From an uncultured Alphaproteobacteria bacterium (lineage in GTDB: Bacteria > Pseudomonadota > Alphaproteobacteria > Puniceispirillales > Marisalimonadaceae), in NCBI GenBank assembly GCA_937142855.1, contig CAKZQZ010000031.1:2201-66200 (forward strand): a stretch of 64,000 bases of DNA. The letters run 5' to 3'. The notes beneath the pieces were generated by a model. It did no database searches and was not told where the DNA came from. It saw nothing but the letters and a program-made list of their open reading frames with translations. Both the position numbers and the translations under genes were made by a program. Shown one piece after another: positions 1 through 8,846 of the stretch (the stretch's first letter is position 1; each line of letters begins with the position of its first letter).

Positions 1-1
1 G

Positions 2-1024
2 GTTGAAGCTTCTCTAAAGTTAGCCAAGCAATATTTTAATGAAATTGGTAAACCAGGAAAACATAAGGTTATTTCAAGAAGACAAAGCTATCATGGCAAT
101 ACTTTGGGAGCTCTTGCCGCAGGGGGTAACGTTTGGAGAAGGTCTTTTTTTGAAGATTTACTAACTGAAACAAGTTTAATTTCACCTTGTTACCAATATA
201 GACATCAAAGACCAACAGAAAATTCTATCGATTATGGCTTAAGAGTTGCCAATGAATTAGAAAGAGAAATAATTAAACTTGGTCCAGATAATGTGATGGC
301 CTTTATTGCAGAAACAGTTGTTGGGGCTACTGCTGGCGCATTAACACCTGTAGAGGGATATTTTAAACGTATAAGAGAAATTTGTAATCAATATGACGTT
401 TTATTAATTTTAGACGAAGTTATGTGTGGTATGGGTAGAACCGGGTCACTATTTGCTTGTGATGAAGAAGGAGTTATCCCCGATATCATAACTATTGCCA
501 AAGGTTTAGGAGCTGGATATCAACCTATTGGAGCAATGTTGTGTCAAAACTTTATTTATGAGGCGATAGCGAAAGGTACCGGTTTTTTTCAACATGGACA
601 TACGTATCTTGGTCATCCCGTAGCCTGTGCAGGTTCGTTAGCTGTGTTAAATAAATTAATAAATGAAAACTTCCCAGAACAAGTTAGTGAAAAAGGTAAA
701 ATTCTTCAAAAAAAGCTTGAAACGATGATTGGTCAACACGAATTTGTTGGAGACATAAGAGGAAGAGGTTTGTTTAGAGGTATTGAGATAGTCAAAGATA
801 GGGATACAAAAGATCCTTTTGAAAAAAATCTAAACATAGCTGGGAAAATTAAGAAAGAAGCTTTGGATATGGGATTAATTTGCTACCCAATGCAAGGCAC
901 TGTTAATGGTATACTTGGAGACCATATTTTAATTGCCCCGCCTTTTATAATAAATGAAAATGAAATGGATGAACTTTGTGAAAAATTAAAGAAAACAATA
1001 GATAATGTTTGTTATAATAGCTGA
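2..1024 (+). CDS. Class III PLP-dependent aminotransferase (5' truncated by window edge)
   Basis: Frame is open from position 2 (VEASLKLAKQ...RRQSYHGNTLGA). Class III motifs LILDEVMCGMGRTG, DIITIAKGLG (PLP Lys) and HGHTYLGHPVACA. Confidence 0.9.
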   Translation, partial: VEASLKLAKQYFNEIGKPGKHKVISRRQSYHGNTLGALAAGGNVWRRSFFEDLLTETSLISPCYQYRHQRPTENSIDYGLRVANELEREIIKLGPDNVMAFIAETVVGATAGALTPVEGYFKRIREICNQYDVLLILDEVMCGMGRTGSLFACDEEGVIPDIITIAKGLGAGYQPIGAMLCQNFIYEAIAKGTGFFQHGHTYLGHPVACAGSLAVLNKLINENFPEQVSEKGKILQKKLETMIGQHEFVGDIRGRGLFRGIEIVKDRDTKDPFEKNLNIAGKIKKEALDMGLICYPMQGTVNGILGDHILIAPPFIINENEMDELCEKLKKTIDNVCYNS

Positions 1025-1714
1025 TTAAACTCCTAAAAACTTTTGTGCAATATCAGTTGTTAATTGCTTTGAAAGACCTTTCCATACGGTCCTACCTTTT
1101 TCAAGAATATAAAATTTATCAGCCAAAGTTTGTAATTGTTTAAGTGATTTATCGATAATTAAAATAGATATATTTTTGTTTTTTAAAATTTCTATAACTT
1201 TCCATATTTCTGATCTAATTGTAGGAGACAAACCCTCTGTTGCTTCATCTAAAATTAATAACCTTGGGTTTGTCATCAATGCCCTTCCAATAACTAACAT
1301 CTGCTGTTCCCCCCCAGATAAAGAGAACGCACCTTGTAACTTTCTTTCTTCAAGTTTTGGGAATAATTCAAAAACTTTTTCTAAAGTCCATTCTCCTTCA
1401 ACTGAAGTTGCAATAAGATTTTCTAAAACTGTTAAATTGGAAAAGGCTCTTCTTCCTTCTGGAACTAAACCTATTCCTAATTGTGCAATTTTATAACTGG
1501 GCATTCCTAAGAGAGATATATTGCTAAAATTAATTTCTCCTTGAAAGTTATTCATTAAACCGCATATCGATTTAATTGTAGTTGATTTACCCATTCCATT
1601 TCTTCCAAGTAAAGCTACAATTTCACCTTCTTTAATTTCTAGATTAACATCAAAGAGTGCCTGGCTAGCGCCATACCAAGCCCTAAGTGATTTTATCTCT
1701 AAAAAATTATTCAT
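1025..1714 (-). CDS. livF: Branched-chain amino acid-type ABC transporter ATPase (LivF family)
   Basis: Walker A GRNGMGKST, signature LSGGEQQ, Walker B LLILDE, GLVPEGRR. Confidence 0.9.
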   Translation of the reverse strand: MNNFLEIKSLRAWYGASQALFDVNLEIKEGEIVALLGRNGMGKSTTIKSICGLMNNFQGEINFSNISLLGMPSYKIAQLGIGLVPEGRRAFSNLTVLENLIATSVEGEWTLEKVFELFPKLEERKLQGAFSLSGGEQQMLVIGRALMTNPRLLILDEATEGLSPTIRSEIWKVIEILKNKNISILIIDKSLKQLQTLADKFYILEKGRTVWKGLSKQLTTDIAQKFLGV

Positions 1715-2463
1715 TAAATCTCATAACCTAAATAAACGTCTCTTACTAATTCATTAGATTTAATCTGATCAACTGTCCCTGTAGCCACTATTCTTCCATA
1801 ATTAATTACTGACACCCTATCAGCTAGGGCAAAAACAGCATCCATATCATGCTCAATTAATAGTATTGGAGTATTTAATTTTATTTTTTTAAATAAATTA
1901 ATCATTATTTTTGTTCCATTTTCATCTAATCCTGCCATTGGCTCATCAAATAAGAACACTTTTGGATTAGTTGCCAATGCAAGCCCTACCTCTAATTTTC
2001 TTCTATCTCCATGACTAAGTTGAGACGCCACTATCTCAGACTTATCTATTAACTCTATTTCTTTGAGTATATTTTTAGCTTTAAAATCTAGGTCTTTATT
2101 GTTTTTTATGTTTTTAAAAAACTGAAAAGTTTTATTCGACCCATTAAGAAGAGATAAAATAATATTCTCTAAAGCACTAAAACTCGGAATTATAGAAGAT
2201 ACTTGAAAAGTTCTAGATATGCCAATTTTAGCTCTTTCAACATCACTTAAATCAGTTATATTCTCTTGGTCTAAAATTATTGATCCTATATCATGCCTAA
2301 CGCTTCCAACTATCTGCTTTATAAGAGTTGATTTACCTGCTCCATTAGGCCCTATTAATGCATGAATCTCATTAAAATTGAGATCAATAGCTATTTCATC
2401 CGTAACCTTAAACGCACCATATGATTTTGATAAATTTTTAATATTTAAAATTTTATTATTCAT
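1714..2463 (-). CDS. livG: Branched-chain amino acid-type ABC transporter ATPase (LivG family)
   Basis: GPNGAGKST, LSHGDRR, FDEPMAG, IEHDMD. Start moved to ATG 2463, which overlaps the upstream stop (ATGAATAA). Confidence 0.9.
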   Translation of the reverse strand: MNNKILNIKNLSKSYGAFKVTDEIAIDLNFNEIHALIGPNGAGKSTLIKQIVGSVRHDIGSIILDQENITDLSDVERAKIGISRTFQVSSIIPSFSALENIILSLLNGSNKTFQFFKNIKNNKDLDFKAKNILKEIELIDKSEIVASQLSHGDRRKLEVGLALATNPKVFLFDEPMAGLDENGTKIMINLFKKIKLNTPILLIEHDMDAVFALADRVSVINYGRIVATGTVDQIKSNELVRDVYLGYEI

Positions 2464-3436
2464 TATTTTTTTTCTTATCAAATAATCCTAATATACCAGA
2501 GCGTACGTATAATATTTCTAGTATTAATATTAAACCCAACCAGAATTGCCAGTTTTCAGTATATGCACCAAGAGTTTGTTCTAATATTATAAAGAAAGCT
2601 GCACCCACAATAGGACCATAAAGTCTTGCCATGCCGCCAAGGATTACAAATATCATTATTTCTCCAGAAGTATGCCAATCAAGAACAGATGGACTTACAA
2701 ATCTATTTAAGTCCGTATAAAGAGAGCCTGCCAAGCCCGCTATTGTACCTGAAATAACAAAAACTATTAGCTTAACCTTTAATGTTTCTATTCCTACAGA
2801 TTTTACTCTTTCTTCATTTTCTTTAATAGCCTGAAACGCCATACCAAAGGCTGAATTAATTAATTTAAAAGATACAAATAAAGCAATCACCAACCACACG
2901 AGACAAATTAAATAAAATGTAAAAGGATCCATTGTATTTACCATTGGAAACGAGTTTCTTAAATAGATTGAAAGGCCATCTTCTCCTCCATACGTAGGCC
3001 AGCTTATTGAGAAAAAATATAACATTTGCGCAAAAGCAAGAGTAATCATAATAAAATAAACACCGCTTGTTCTAAGCGAGAGAAGCCCAATAATAAAAGA
3101 TAGGGCCGCACAGACTAATATTGCTATTGGCCATATTATTAGCATTTCAGATGTACCAAAAAACTCAATTGGCCAACTAAAAAGTAATTCATCGTTAAGA
3201 GCATGAAAAGATAATATTCCTGTTACGTATCCTCCAGTTCCAAAAAAAGCTGCATGTCCAAAAGAAATTAGCCCACAATAACCAAGAGCTAAGTTTAAAC
3301 CAATACCTGCAATAGCGAGTATAATTACCTTAGTTGTTAATGTTATATAATAAGGTTCTTCAAAAACTAGACCACAGAGAGGAATAATTAAAAGCAAAAA
3401 TAATATCCATTTATTTAAAAATTTTTCGATAATCAT
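2456..3436 (-). CDS. livM: ABC transporter permease (LivM family)
   Basis: GLISFGHAAFFG, LRTSGVYFIMITLAFAQ, ILGG...GPIVGA. ATG 3436 lies right after the livH stop. Confidence 0.88.
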   Translation of the reverse strand: MIIEKFLNKWILFLLLIIPLCGLVFEEPYYITLTTKVIILAIAGIGLNLALGYCGLISFGHAAFFGTGGYVTGILSFHALNDELLFSWPIEFFGTSEMLIIWPIAILVCAALSFIIGLLSLRTSGVYFIMITLAFAQMLYFFSISWPTYGGEDGLSIYLRNSFPMVNTMDPFTFYLICLVWLVIALFVSFKLINSAFGMAFQAIKENEERVKSVGIETLKVKLIVFVISGTIAGLAGSLYTDLNRFVSPSVLDWHTSGEIMIFVILGGMARLYGPIVGAAFFIILEQTLGAYTENWQFWLGLILILEILYVRSGILGLFDKKKNNE

Positions 3437-3437
3437 T

Positions 3438-4355
3438 TTAACTTTTTCCAAATAATCCAGAAGGTTTGGTAATTAAAATCAATGCCATGAGAATATAGAT
3501 TAACATTGAACCAATAGAAGACCCTATTGCAGTTGCCTCAGCAGGTTGCATAAAAATTTTAAGTAAATCTGGTAAAAAAACACGTCCTAAGGTGTCTGTA
3601 ACTCCAACTAAAATTGAGCCAACAAAAGCACCCTTTATTGATCCAATACCCCCAATAACTATGACCACAAAAGCTAAAATTAAAATCGGTTCTCCCATAC
3701 CAACTTCAACTGATTGTATGGCACCTATCATCGCCCCAGAAAGTCCTGCAAGAGCTGCTCCTAAAGCAAAGACAACTGTATAAAGTTTTGAAATATCTAC
3801 ACCAAGAGCAGAGATCATTTCACGATCATTCTGCCCGGCTCTAATACGAATACCTAGCCGTGTTTTTGTGATTAATAAGTATAGACCAACAGCTATCAAA
3901 AAACCCATTAATATTATAAACAGTCTATATTTGGAATAAATTATTTCACTAAATATAGGTACAGTTCCATTTAAGCTATCTGGAATACTAAGATATAAAG
4001 GAAAGGCGCCAAAATACCATCTTACTCCCTCAGATAATAACAATATGAGAGCAAAAGTTGCTAAAACTTGATCCAAATGATCTCTTCTATATAATCGTCT
4101 AATTATTAATATTTCAATTAGAACACCTGCGATTGCTGCTCCACATAAGCTGGCTCCTAATGCCAGCCAAAATGAACCTGTTATACCAGCAACCAAAGCT
4201 GCACAGAAAGCGCCTATCATATAGAAAGAACCATGGGCAAGATTTATTAAACCCATGACGCCAAATATTAAAGTTAGCCCAGCAGACATAAGAAACAGCA
4301 TTGTTCCAAATTGTATGCCGTTTAAGAGTTGTTCAATAAATAAGATACTTGTCAT
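3438..4355 (-). CDS. livH: ABC transporter permease (LivH family)
   Basis: GLTLIFGVMGLINLAHG, TRLGIRIRAG, AFVVIVIGGIGSIKGA. Confidence 0.9.
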   Translation of the reverse strand: MTSILFIEQLLNGIQFGTMLFLMSAGLTLIFGVMGLINLAHGSFYMIGAFCAALVAGITGSFWLALGASLCGAAIAGVLIEILIIRRLYRRDHLDQVLATFALILLLSEGVRWYFGAFPLYLSIPDSLNGTVPIFSEIIYSKYRLFIILMGFLIAVGLYLLITKTRLGIRIRAGQNDREMISALGVDISKLYTVVFALGAALAGLSGAMIGAIQSVEVGMGEPILILAFVVIVIGGIGSIKGAFVGSILVGVTDTLGRVFLPDLLKIFMQPAEATAIGSSIGSMLIYILMALILITKPSGLFGKS

Positions 4356-4370
4356 TTAAATATAAAGTCA

Positions 4371-4397
4371 TAGGTGATTTCTACAGGAAATCACCTA
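4371..4397 (-). terminator. Stem-loop between SBP gene and livH (mRNA stabiliser or partial terminator)
   Basis: TAGGTGATTTC-TACAG-GAAATCACCTA, perfect 11-bp stem immediately downstream of the SBP stop. Confidence 0.7.
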
Positions 4398-4407
4398 GAC
4401 ATATAAT

Positions 4408-5544
4408 TTACATTTTACATTCAGAAACATAAACGTTTGAATGATCCTTTAACCCAACAGAAACAATCTTGTTTGTAAGTGTCTTTCCTTCTTTAATGAC
4501 TTCTCTAACATAGATATCTTGTATTGGGTGATGATTTTTATCAAAACTAAATTTTCCTCTTGTAGAAGCAAAATTAGCCTTTCTAAGTTCATCTCTAAAC
4601 TTGTCTTTATCATCAACTTTAGCATTAATCATTGCAGAAATTAAAAGTTTACCTGTGTCGTATCCTTGAGAAGCATATAATGATGGAAGGCGCCCATATT
4701 CAGATTGAAAATCACTGACAAACTTTTTATTTGCTGGGTTATCTATATCTTTAGACCATTGTGAGGTATTTTTTACACCTAATGCAGCATCTCCAACTGC
4801 CTTTAAAATACCTTGATCAAAAGAAAAAGCAGGACCTACAACCGGGACATTGATTCCAGATTGTGAAAATTGTTTCATAAAACCGATTCCCATCCCACCT
4901 GGTAAAAAGAAAAACACACTATCTGCACCTGAAGCTCTGATTTGAGCGATCTCTGCTGCATAATCTTTTTGACCAAGTTTGGTATATATTTCTCCAGCTA
5001 ATTTTCCCTTAAAGAATCTTTTATAACCTGTTAGGGCGTCTTTTCCAGCTGGATAGTTAGGGGCAAGGATAAAGGTATTTTTAAAGCCAGCTGAATTAGC
5101 ATAACCACCAGCTGCTTCATGTAAATTATCATTTTGCCAAGCAACATTAAAATAATTTTTATGACAACCTTTGCCTGCTAGCTTAGATGGTCCAGCATTA
5201 GGTGATAAATAGAATTTCCCTTGATTAACAGCAGCTGGTACAACTGCCATAGCTAAATTAGACCAAATAATTCCAGTAAGAACATCAACTTTGTCAGATT
5301 GTATCATCTTGTCGGCTAACTGAACCGCAATATCTGGTTTTCTTTGATCATCTTTTATAATTACACTTATATTTTGATTGCCTTTTACTGCAAGCATAAA
5401 GCCGTCTCTTACATCAATCCCTAAACCGGATCCACCCCCTGATAAAGTAGTTATCATACCAACTTTTAATTGATGACCATCTGCAAAAATGGTTGATGAT
5501 GACATTATCATTAGCGCTGCTAATGTAGTTTTAAGTTTTTTCAT
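4408..5544 (-). CDS. ABC transporter periplasmic substrate-binding protein (LivK/Leu-Ile-Val-binding family; ligand unknown, possibly an aromatic or other carboxylic acid)
   Basis: Signal peptide MKKLKTTLAALMIMSSSTIFA; KVGMITTLSGG, DDQRKPD, SPNAGPS, YASQGYD; heads a complete Liv-type operon. Confidence 0.88.
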   Translation of the reverse strand: MKKLKTTLAALMIMSSSTIFADGHQLKVGMITTLSGGGSGLGIDVRDGFMLAVKGNQNISVIIKDDQRKPDIAVQLADKMIQSDKVDVLTGIIWSNLAMAVVPAAVNQGKFYLSPNAGPSKLAGKGCHKNYFNVAWQNDNLHEAAGGYANSAGFKNTFILAPNYPAGKDALTGYKRFFKGKLAGEIYTKLGQKDYAAEIAQIRASGADSVFFFLPGGMGIGFMKQFSQSGINVPVVGPAFSFDQGILKAVGDAALGVKNTSQWSKDIDNPANKKFVSDFQSEYGRLPSLYASQGYDTGKLLISAMINAKVDDKDKFRDELRKANFASTRGKFSFDKNHHPIQDIYVREVIKEGKTLTNKIVSVGLKDHSNVYVSECKM

Positions 5545-5636
5545 CTTTCCCCCTAATTATTCTAATAAAAAAAGAATCTCAAAATACAAAATTATTTATC
5601 TAAAGGCAAAGTAATAAAGATTCGATTAACGCATTA

Positions 5637-5825
5637 CTAAAAATCTATTTCTATTCCGTTGATAGTAAATGTCTTTCCGTTAAAACCCTTATCCATTTTT
5701 TCAACATCTGTCATATTTTCACTATCAACTCTTTTGTAAGGGTTTTTTTTCATTTTTTCTAAACGAGTTTCTACCTTTTTAATTTCACTATTTTTATTTT
5801 TATTATTTCTAATCCACTTAAACAT
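5637..5825 (-). CDS. Small basic hypothetical protein (62 aa)
   Basis: ATG directly abuts the stop of the upstream DCC gene (TAAATG), suggesting coupling. No family recognised. Confidence 0.55.
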   Translation of the reverse strand: MFKWIRNNKNKNSEIKKVETRLEKMKKNPYKRVDSENMTDVEKMDKGFNGKTFTINGIEIDF

Positions 5826-6206
5826 TTATTTGTAAACTTCTTGGCTAGCCATTTGGCAGTGTGTTAATTTTTTAAATCTATAACTCGCAAACATATTATA
5901 TAATGACTTTGTTATCTGATAAATAATGGGAAGTTTTACGAAGAAAGATAATAAATTCCATAATTTCAATTCATCCCAAATCAATATAAATGCGTCTACT
6001 CCAATTTTTAAATTTTTATTTCTATCTAGAGCATGCAAATACATTAAAGCATCGTATTGTGAAACTTTTATTACTTTTAAATCGTCAGGGTTATTTGCAA
6101 TATCATTCCACTTAAAAATATTTTGTGGAGATATCTTTTTATAATAATTAATTTCCTTGCTACAAAGCCCACATTTTCCGTCATAAAAAACCTGAATTAA
6201 CTTCAT
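5826..6206 (-). CDS. DCC1/DUF393 thiol-disulfide oxidoreductase family protein
   Basis: N-terminal FYDGKCGLC (DxxCxxC) motif; GVDAFILIW and Y..FA.YR C-terminal pattern. Confidence 0.85.
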   Translation of the reverse strand: MKLIQVFYDGKCGLCSKEINYYKKISPQNIFKWNDIANNPDDLKVIKVSQYDALMYLHALDRNKNLKIGVDAFILIWDELKLWNLLSFFVKLPIIYQITKSLYNMFASYRFKKLTHCQMASQEVYK

Positions 6207-6214
6207 TTTTTAAC

Positions 6215-6775
6215 CTATATCAATTTTGAGATACTAACTGCTAAACTAGATCCAGATCCGACTACCCTAGACCAAAAATTTTCAATGTAATTATTAATTT
6301 TACCTTTTTTAAATCCTGCATCATTTTGATGCTCTACTTCTTCTTCACAACAAATCTCTAAGACCTTTAAAAGATCATAGGAAATAGAATGTGTATATAA
6401 ATATTCTATTTGTTCTTGGTAATGCTTCTCTACAAAAGTTTCTACTGCTTGTATAGTAACACAAAAAAATCTATAGCCAAAAACTGCGGAAAAAAAACCT
6501 AAACTAAAGCCTAAAACTCTCCATATTAATAACAATTTACTTTTATTTTGGTTTTTTAATAAATGATTCATAATGATAAGATGATTTTTTTCTGTTTGGC
6601 AGTGTTCTCTGGACATTTTTTTTATATCTTTATTCCAAAAGACACATCTGGAACCTATATATATCCAAACAGCACCAGTTTCACCTGCATGATTAGATCT
6701 CATCCACCCAATCATAGACATCGGCACAGAAATATTTGATGCCTTATAACGCTCAATTAAATCGTTGTTATTCAT
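6215..6775 (-). CDS. Coq7/Clk-1-like demethoxyubiquinone hydroxylase family di-iron protein
   Basis: NHAGETGA..IY.G, EKNH, W...GF.LG, AVETFVEKHYQEQI, EEEVEH: ferritin-like di-iron ligand pattern. Confidence 0.8.
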   Translation of the reverse strand: MNNNDLIERYKASNISVPMSMIGWMRSNHAGETGAVWIYIGSRCVFWNKDIKKMSREHCQTEKNHLIIMNHLLKNQNKSKLLLIWRVLGFSLGFFSAVFGYRFFCVTIQAVETFVEKHYQEQIEYLYTHSISYDLLKVLEICCEEEVEHQNDAGFKKGKINNYIENFWSRVVGSGSSLAVSISKLI

Positions 6776-6929
6776 AAAATTTAGGATGGCTGTATTTATA
6801 GTTAATTAAAGAATTATTTATTTATCTATTGTATTTTTTATATTATTCAACACATTTTTTATACATAACAATTTTTTCTTTTTTATTGGCATGTTTTATG
6901 CAGATTTCTTTAATTCTTAGGAGCATATT

Positions 6930-7100
6930 TTGGAACCACTCTCGATTATCTCTGTAATTTTTCAACTGGCAAGCGCAGCACCTGAATTTGATAAGTTCCT
7001 TCAAAATGAAGTTAATAAAACTTACACAAGAACTGAAGCTATTGAGATATATAGAACAAATATGAATAAAAATTCATTTAAAGAAAAAATAAATCAATAA
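6930..7100 (+). CDS. Putative small protein (56 aa), absent from the ORF track
   Basis: AGGAG at 6919-6923, TTG at 6930, open frame MEPLSIISVIFQLASAAPEFDKFLQNEVNKTYTRTEAIEIYRTNMNKNSFKEKINQ, TAA 7098-7100. Confidence 0.5.
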   Translation: MEPLSIISVIFQLASAAPEFDKFLQNEVNKTYTRTEAIEIYRTNMNKNSFKEKINQ

Positions 7101-7170
7101 TATTTTTAAATTTTTTAATAATTTAAACTTAACAAATTAAGCATTAATAACGTTTACTCATCTGTTATAC

Positions 7171-7198
7171 TTGACTCATATTTTTAATTAGCAATAAT
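7171..7198 (+). promoter_or_regulatory. Possible sigma70 promoter for tctCBA
   Basis: TTGACT (7171-7176), 16-nt spacer, AATAAT (7193-7198). Weak evidence in AT-rich DNA. Confidence 0.3.
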
Positions 7199-7282
7199 CA
7201 TCATATTAATTTTAGGTGTGATTTGATTTAATTCAATGCGCTGTAAATTTAAGTGGGGATAATAATTTATTCTTAAAATTCG

Positions 7283-7320
7283 CTGTCATTATGACAGTTT
7301 AATTACCAGCGAAAGCTGGT
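7283..7320 (+). promoter_or_regulatory. Two tandem inverted repeats in the tctC leader
   Basis: CTGTCAT-T-ATGACAG (7283-7297) and ACCAGC-GAAA-GCTGGT (7305-7320, GNRA loop), ending about 10 nt before the GGAGG RBS. Confidence 0.5.
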
Positions 7321-7342
7321 TAATCATTGTGGAGGATATTAA

Positions 7343-8320
7343 ATGATTAAATCTAAAACACTTTTCAAAGTTGGAACTGGTTTAGCTGCTATAGTTTCAG
7401 CTGTAGCATTTACTTCTGCTCCAGCATTAGCTGCTAAGAAGCCTGCTATTGAAGTTGTAACACACGCAGGTGCTGGTGGTGGTACCGATGTTAACTCAAG
7501 AATGATGATGCTTCGTTCAAGAAGAGTTTTAAAACAGGATATGGTAGTTGTGAATAAAAGAGGCGGCGGTGGAGCTGCTGCAATGAATTACTTCATGACA
7601 AGACCTGCAGATGGGAACACTATTTTAACTTTTACAGTTGGTCACGCCATTACAATGGCAATGGGCAAAACTAAATTAAAAGTTGAGGATATGGCACCTA
7701 TAGCAAGAGGTACAAATGATCCTCAGATATTGATGGTGAATTGTAAAACTAGCCCGTATAAAACTCCTGAAGCATTTGTAGCAGGAATGAAAAAGGGTGA
7801 CAAAATTGCTTTTGGTGGAACTCATACAGGTACTATTGATCATATAACAGCATATTTGTTTGCTAAAAAACTCGGTCAGCCAATGCCTAAATATATTCCA
7901 TTTAAAGGTGGTGGAGAACTTGCAACGCAAGTTGTAGCCGGCGCTGTGGACGTTGGAGTTTTAAATTTATCTGAAGCTGGTGGACCAATTGATGCAGGTG
8001 ATTTATGCCCATTAGTTATCTTAGGTGATAATGCTATGGCACCAATTCCTAAAGCTAAAACTGCTAAGTCAATGGGTATTGATCTTGTTCTATCAACTAC
8101 TAGAGGATTTGTTACACACGCAGGAGCTGATAAAGCAAGAGTTGCTGAGCTTGAAGCAGGTTTGTCAAAAGCTATGAAACATTCTATGTATCAAGCTTAC
8201 CTTGCAAATTCTGGGTTAGATAACACTTCTCCACAACCTTCTGGTCCTTGGGGTGAGCAGATTAAGTTTATGGTTGGTGAATTTGGTCCTGCTTTAAAAG
8301 AAATGGGCTTAATTAAGTAA
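7343..8320 (+). CDS. tctC: Tripartite tricarboxylate transporter substrate-binding protein (TctC/Bug)
   Basis: Signal peptide, AGAGGGTD, NKRGGGG, YIPFKGGGE, VVAGAVDVG; GGAGG RBS; followed by tctB and tctA. Confidence 0.9.
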   Translation: MIKSKTLFKVGTGLAAIVSAVAFTSAPALAAKKPAIEVVTHAGAGGGTDVNSRMMMLRSRRVLKQDMVVVNKRGGGGAAAMNYFMTRPADGNTILTFTVGHAITMAMGKTKLKVEDMAPIARGTNDPQILMVNCKTSPYKTPEAFVAGMKKGDKIAFGGTHTGTIDHITAYLFAKKLGQPMPKYIPFKGGGELATQVVAGAVDVGVLNLSEAGGPIDAGDLCPLVILGDNAMAPIPKAKTAKSMGIDLVLSTTRGFVTHAGADKARVAELEAGLSKAMKHSMYQAYLANSGLDNTSPQPSGPWGEQIKFMVGEFGPALKEMGLIK

Positions 8321-8334
8321 AAACAAATCAATTT

Positions 8335-8358
8335 AGATGCCCCTTTTTTGGGGCATCT
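8335..8358 (+). terminator. Stem-loop between tctC and tctB
   Basis: AGATGCCCC-TTTTTT-GGGGCATCT, 9-bp GC-rich stem just after the tctC stop. Confidence 0.7.
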
Positions 8359-8370
8359 GAAAGTTTTATT

Positions 8371-8835
8371 ATGAATATTAAAATTTACTCTATACCTCTA
8401 TTTCTTACGATATTCTCTATTGTAATAATTTATTTATCTCTTCAATTAGAGACTTCTCCTGAGATGATAGTGGGTGATAGTATGCAAGCTCGTTCATTTC
8501 CCATTTTTTTAATGGTTATTAATTTAATACTGGTAGGAGTACTATCATACCAATTCTCTAAAACTTACCCGAAAGAAGTCGAGCTTGAAAAATTTCCTAC
8601 TTGGTCAAGTATGTTACTTTTCTTAGTCTTTTATATTTTAGTAACAATCAGTGGCGATCTATTTGTAGCGATACCTGTAATCATGTTTTTAATGGGTATG
8701 GTATGGGGACAAAAGAAATTATGGGTTAGCCTTACTAACGCTATTATAACTCCACTCTCCGTTTTTCTTCTTTTTGATTATGTTCTCCAAGTAAGATTTC
8801 CTCGGGGATGGTTAACAAATATTTATTATGGTTAG
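8371..8835 (+). CDS. tctB: TTT small transmembrane subunit TctB
   Basis: About four TM helices, ARSFP motif, C-terminal LFDYVLQVRFPRG; lies between tctC and tctA. Confidence 0.85.
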   Translation: MNIKIYSIPLFLTIFSIVIIYLSLQLETSPEMIVGDSMQARSFPIFLMVINLILVGVLSYQFSKTYPKEVELEKFPTWSSMLLFLVFYILVTISGDLFVAIPVIMFLMGMVWGQKKLWVSLTNAIITPLSVFLLFDYVLQVRFPRGWLTNIYYG

Positions 8836-8846
8836 GTTAAAGTTAC

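Noticed and set aside
7283-7297. Pho box (CTGTCAT half-site)
   Set aside because: Pho boxes are direct repeats with 11-bp periodicity; this is an inverted repeat.
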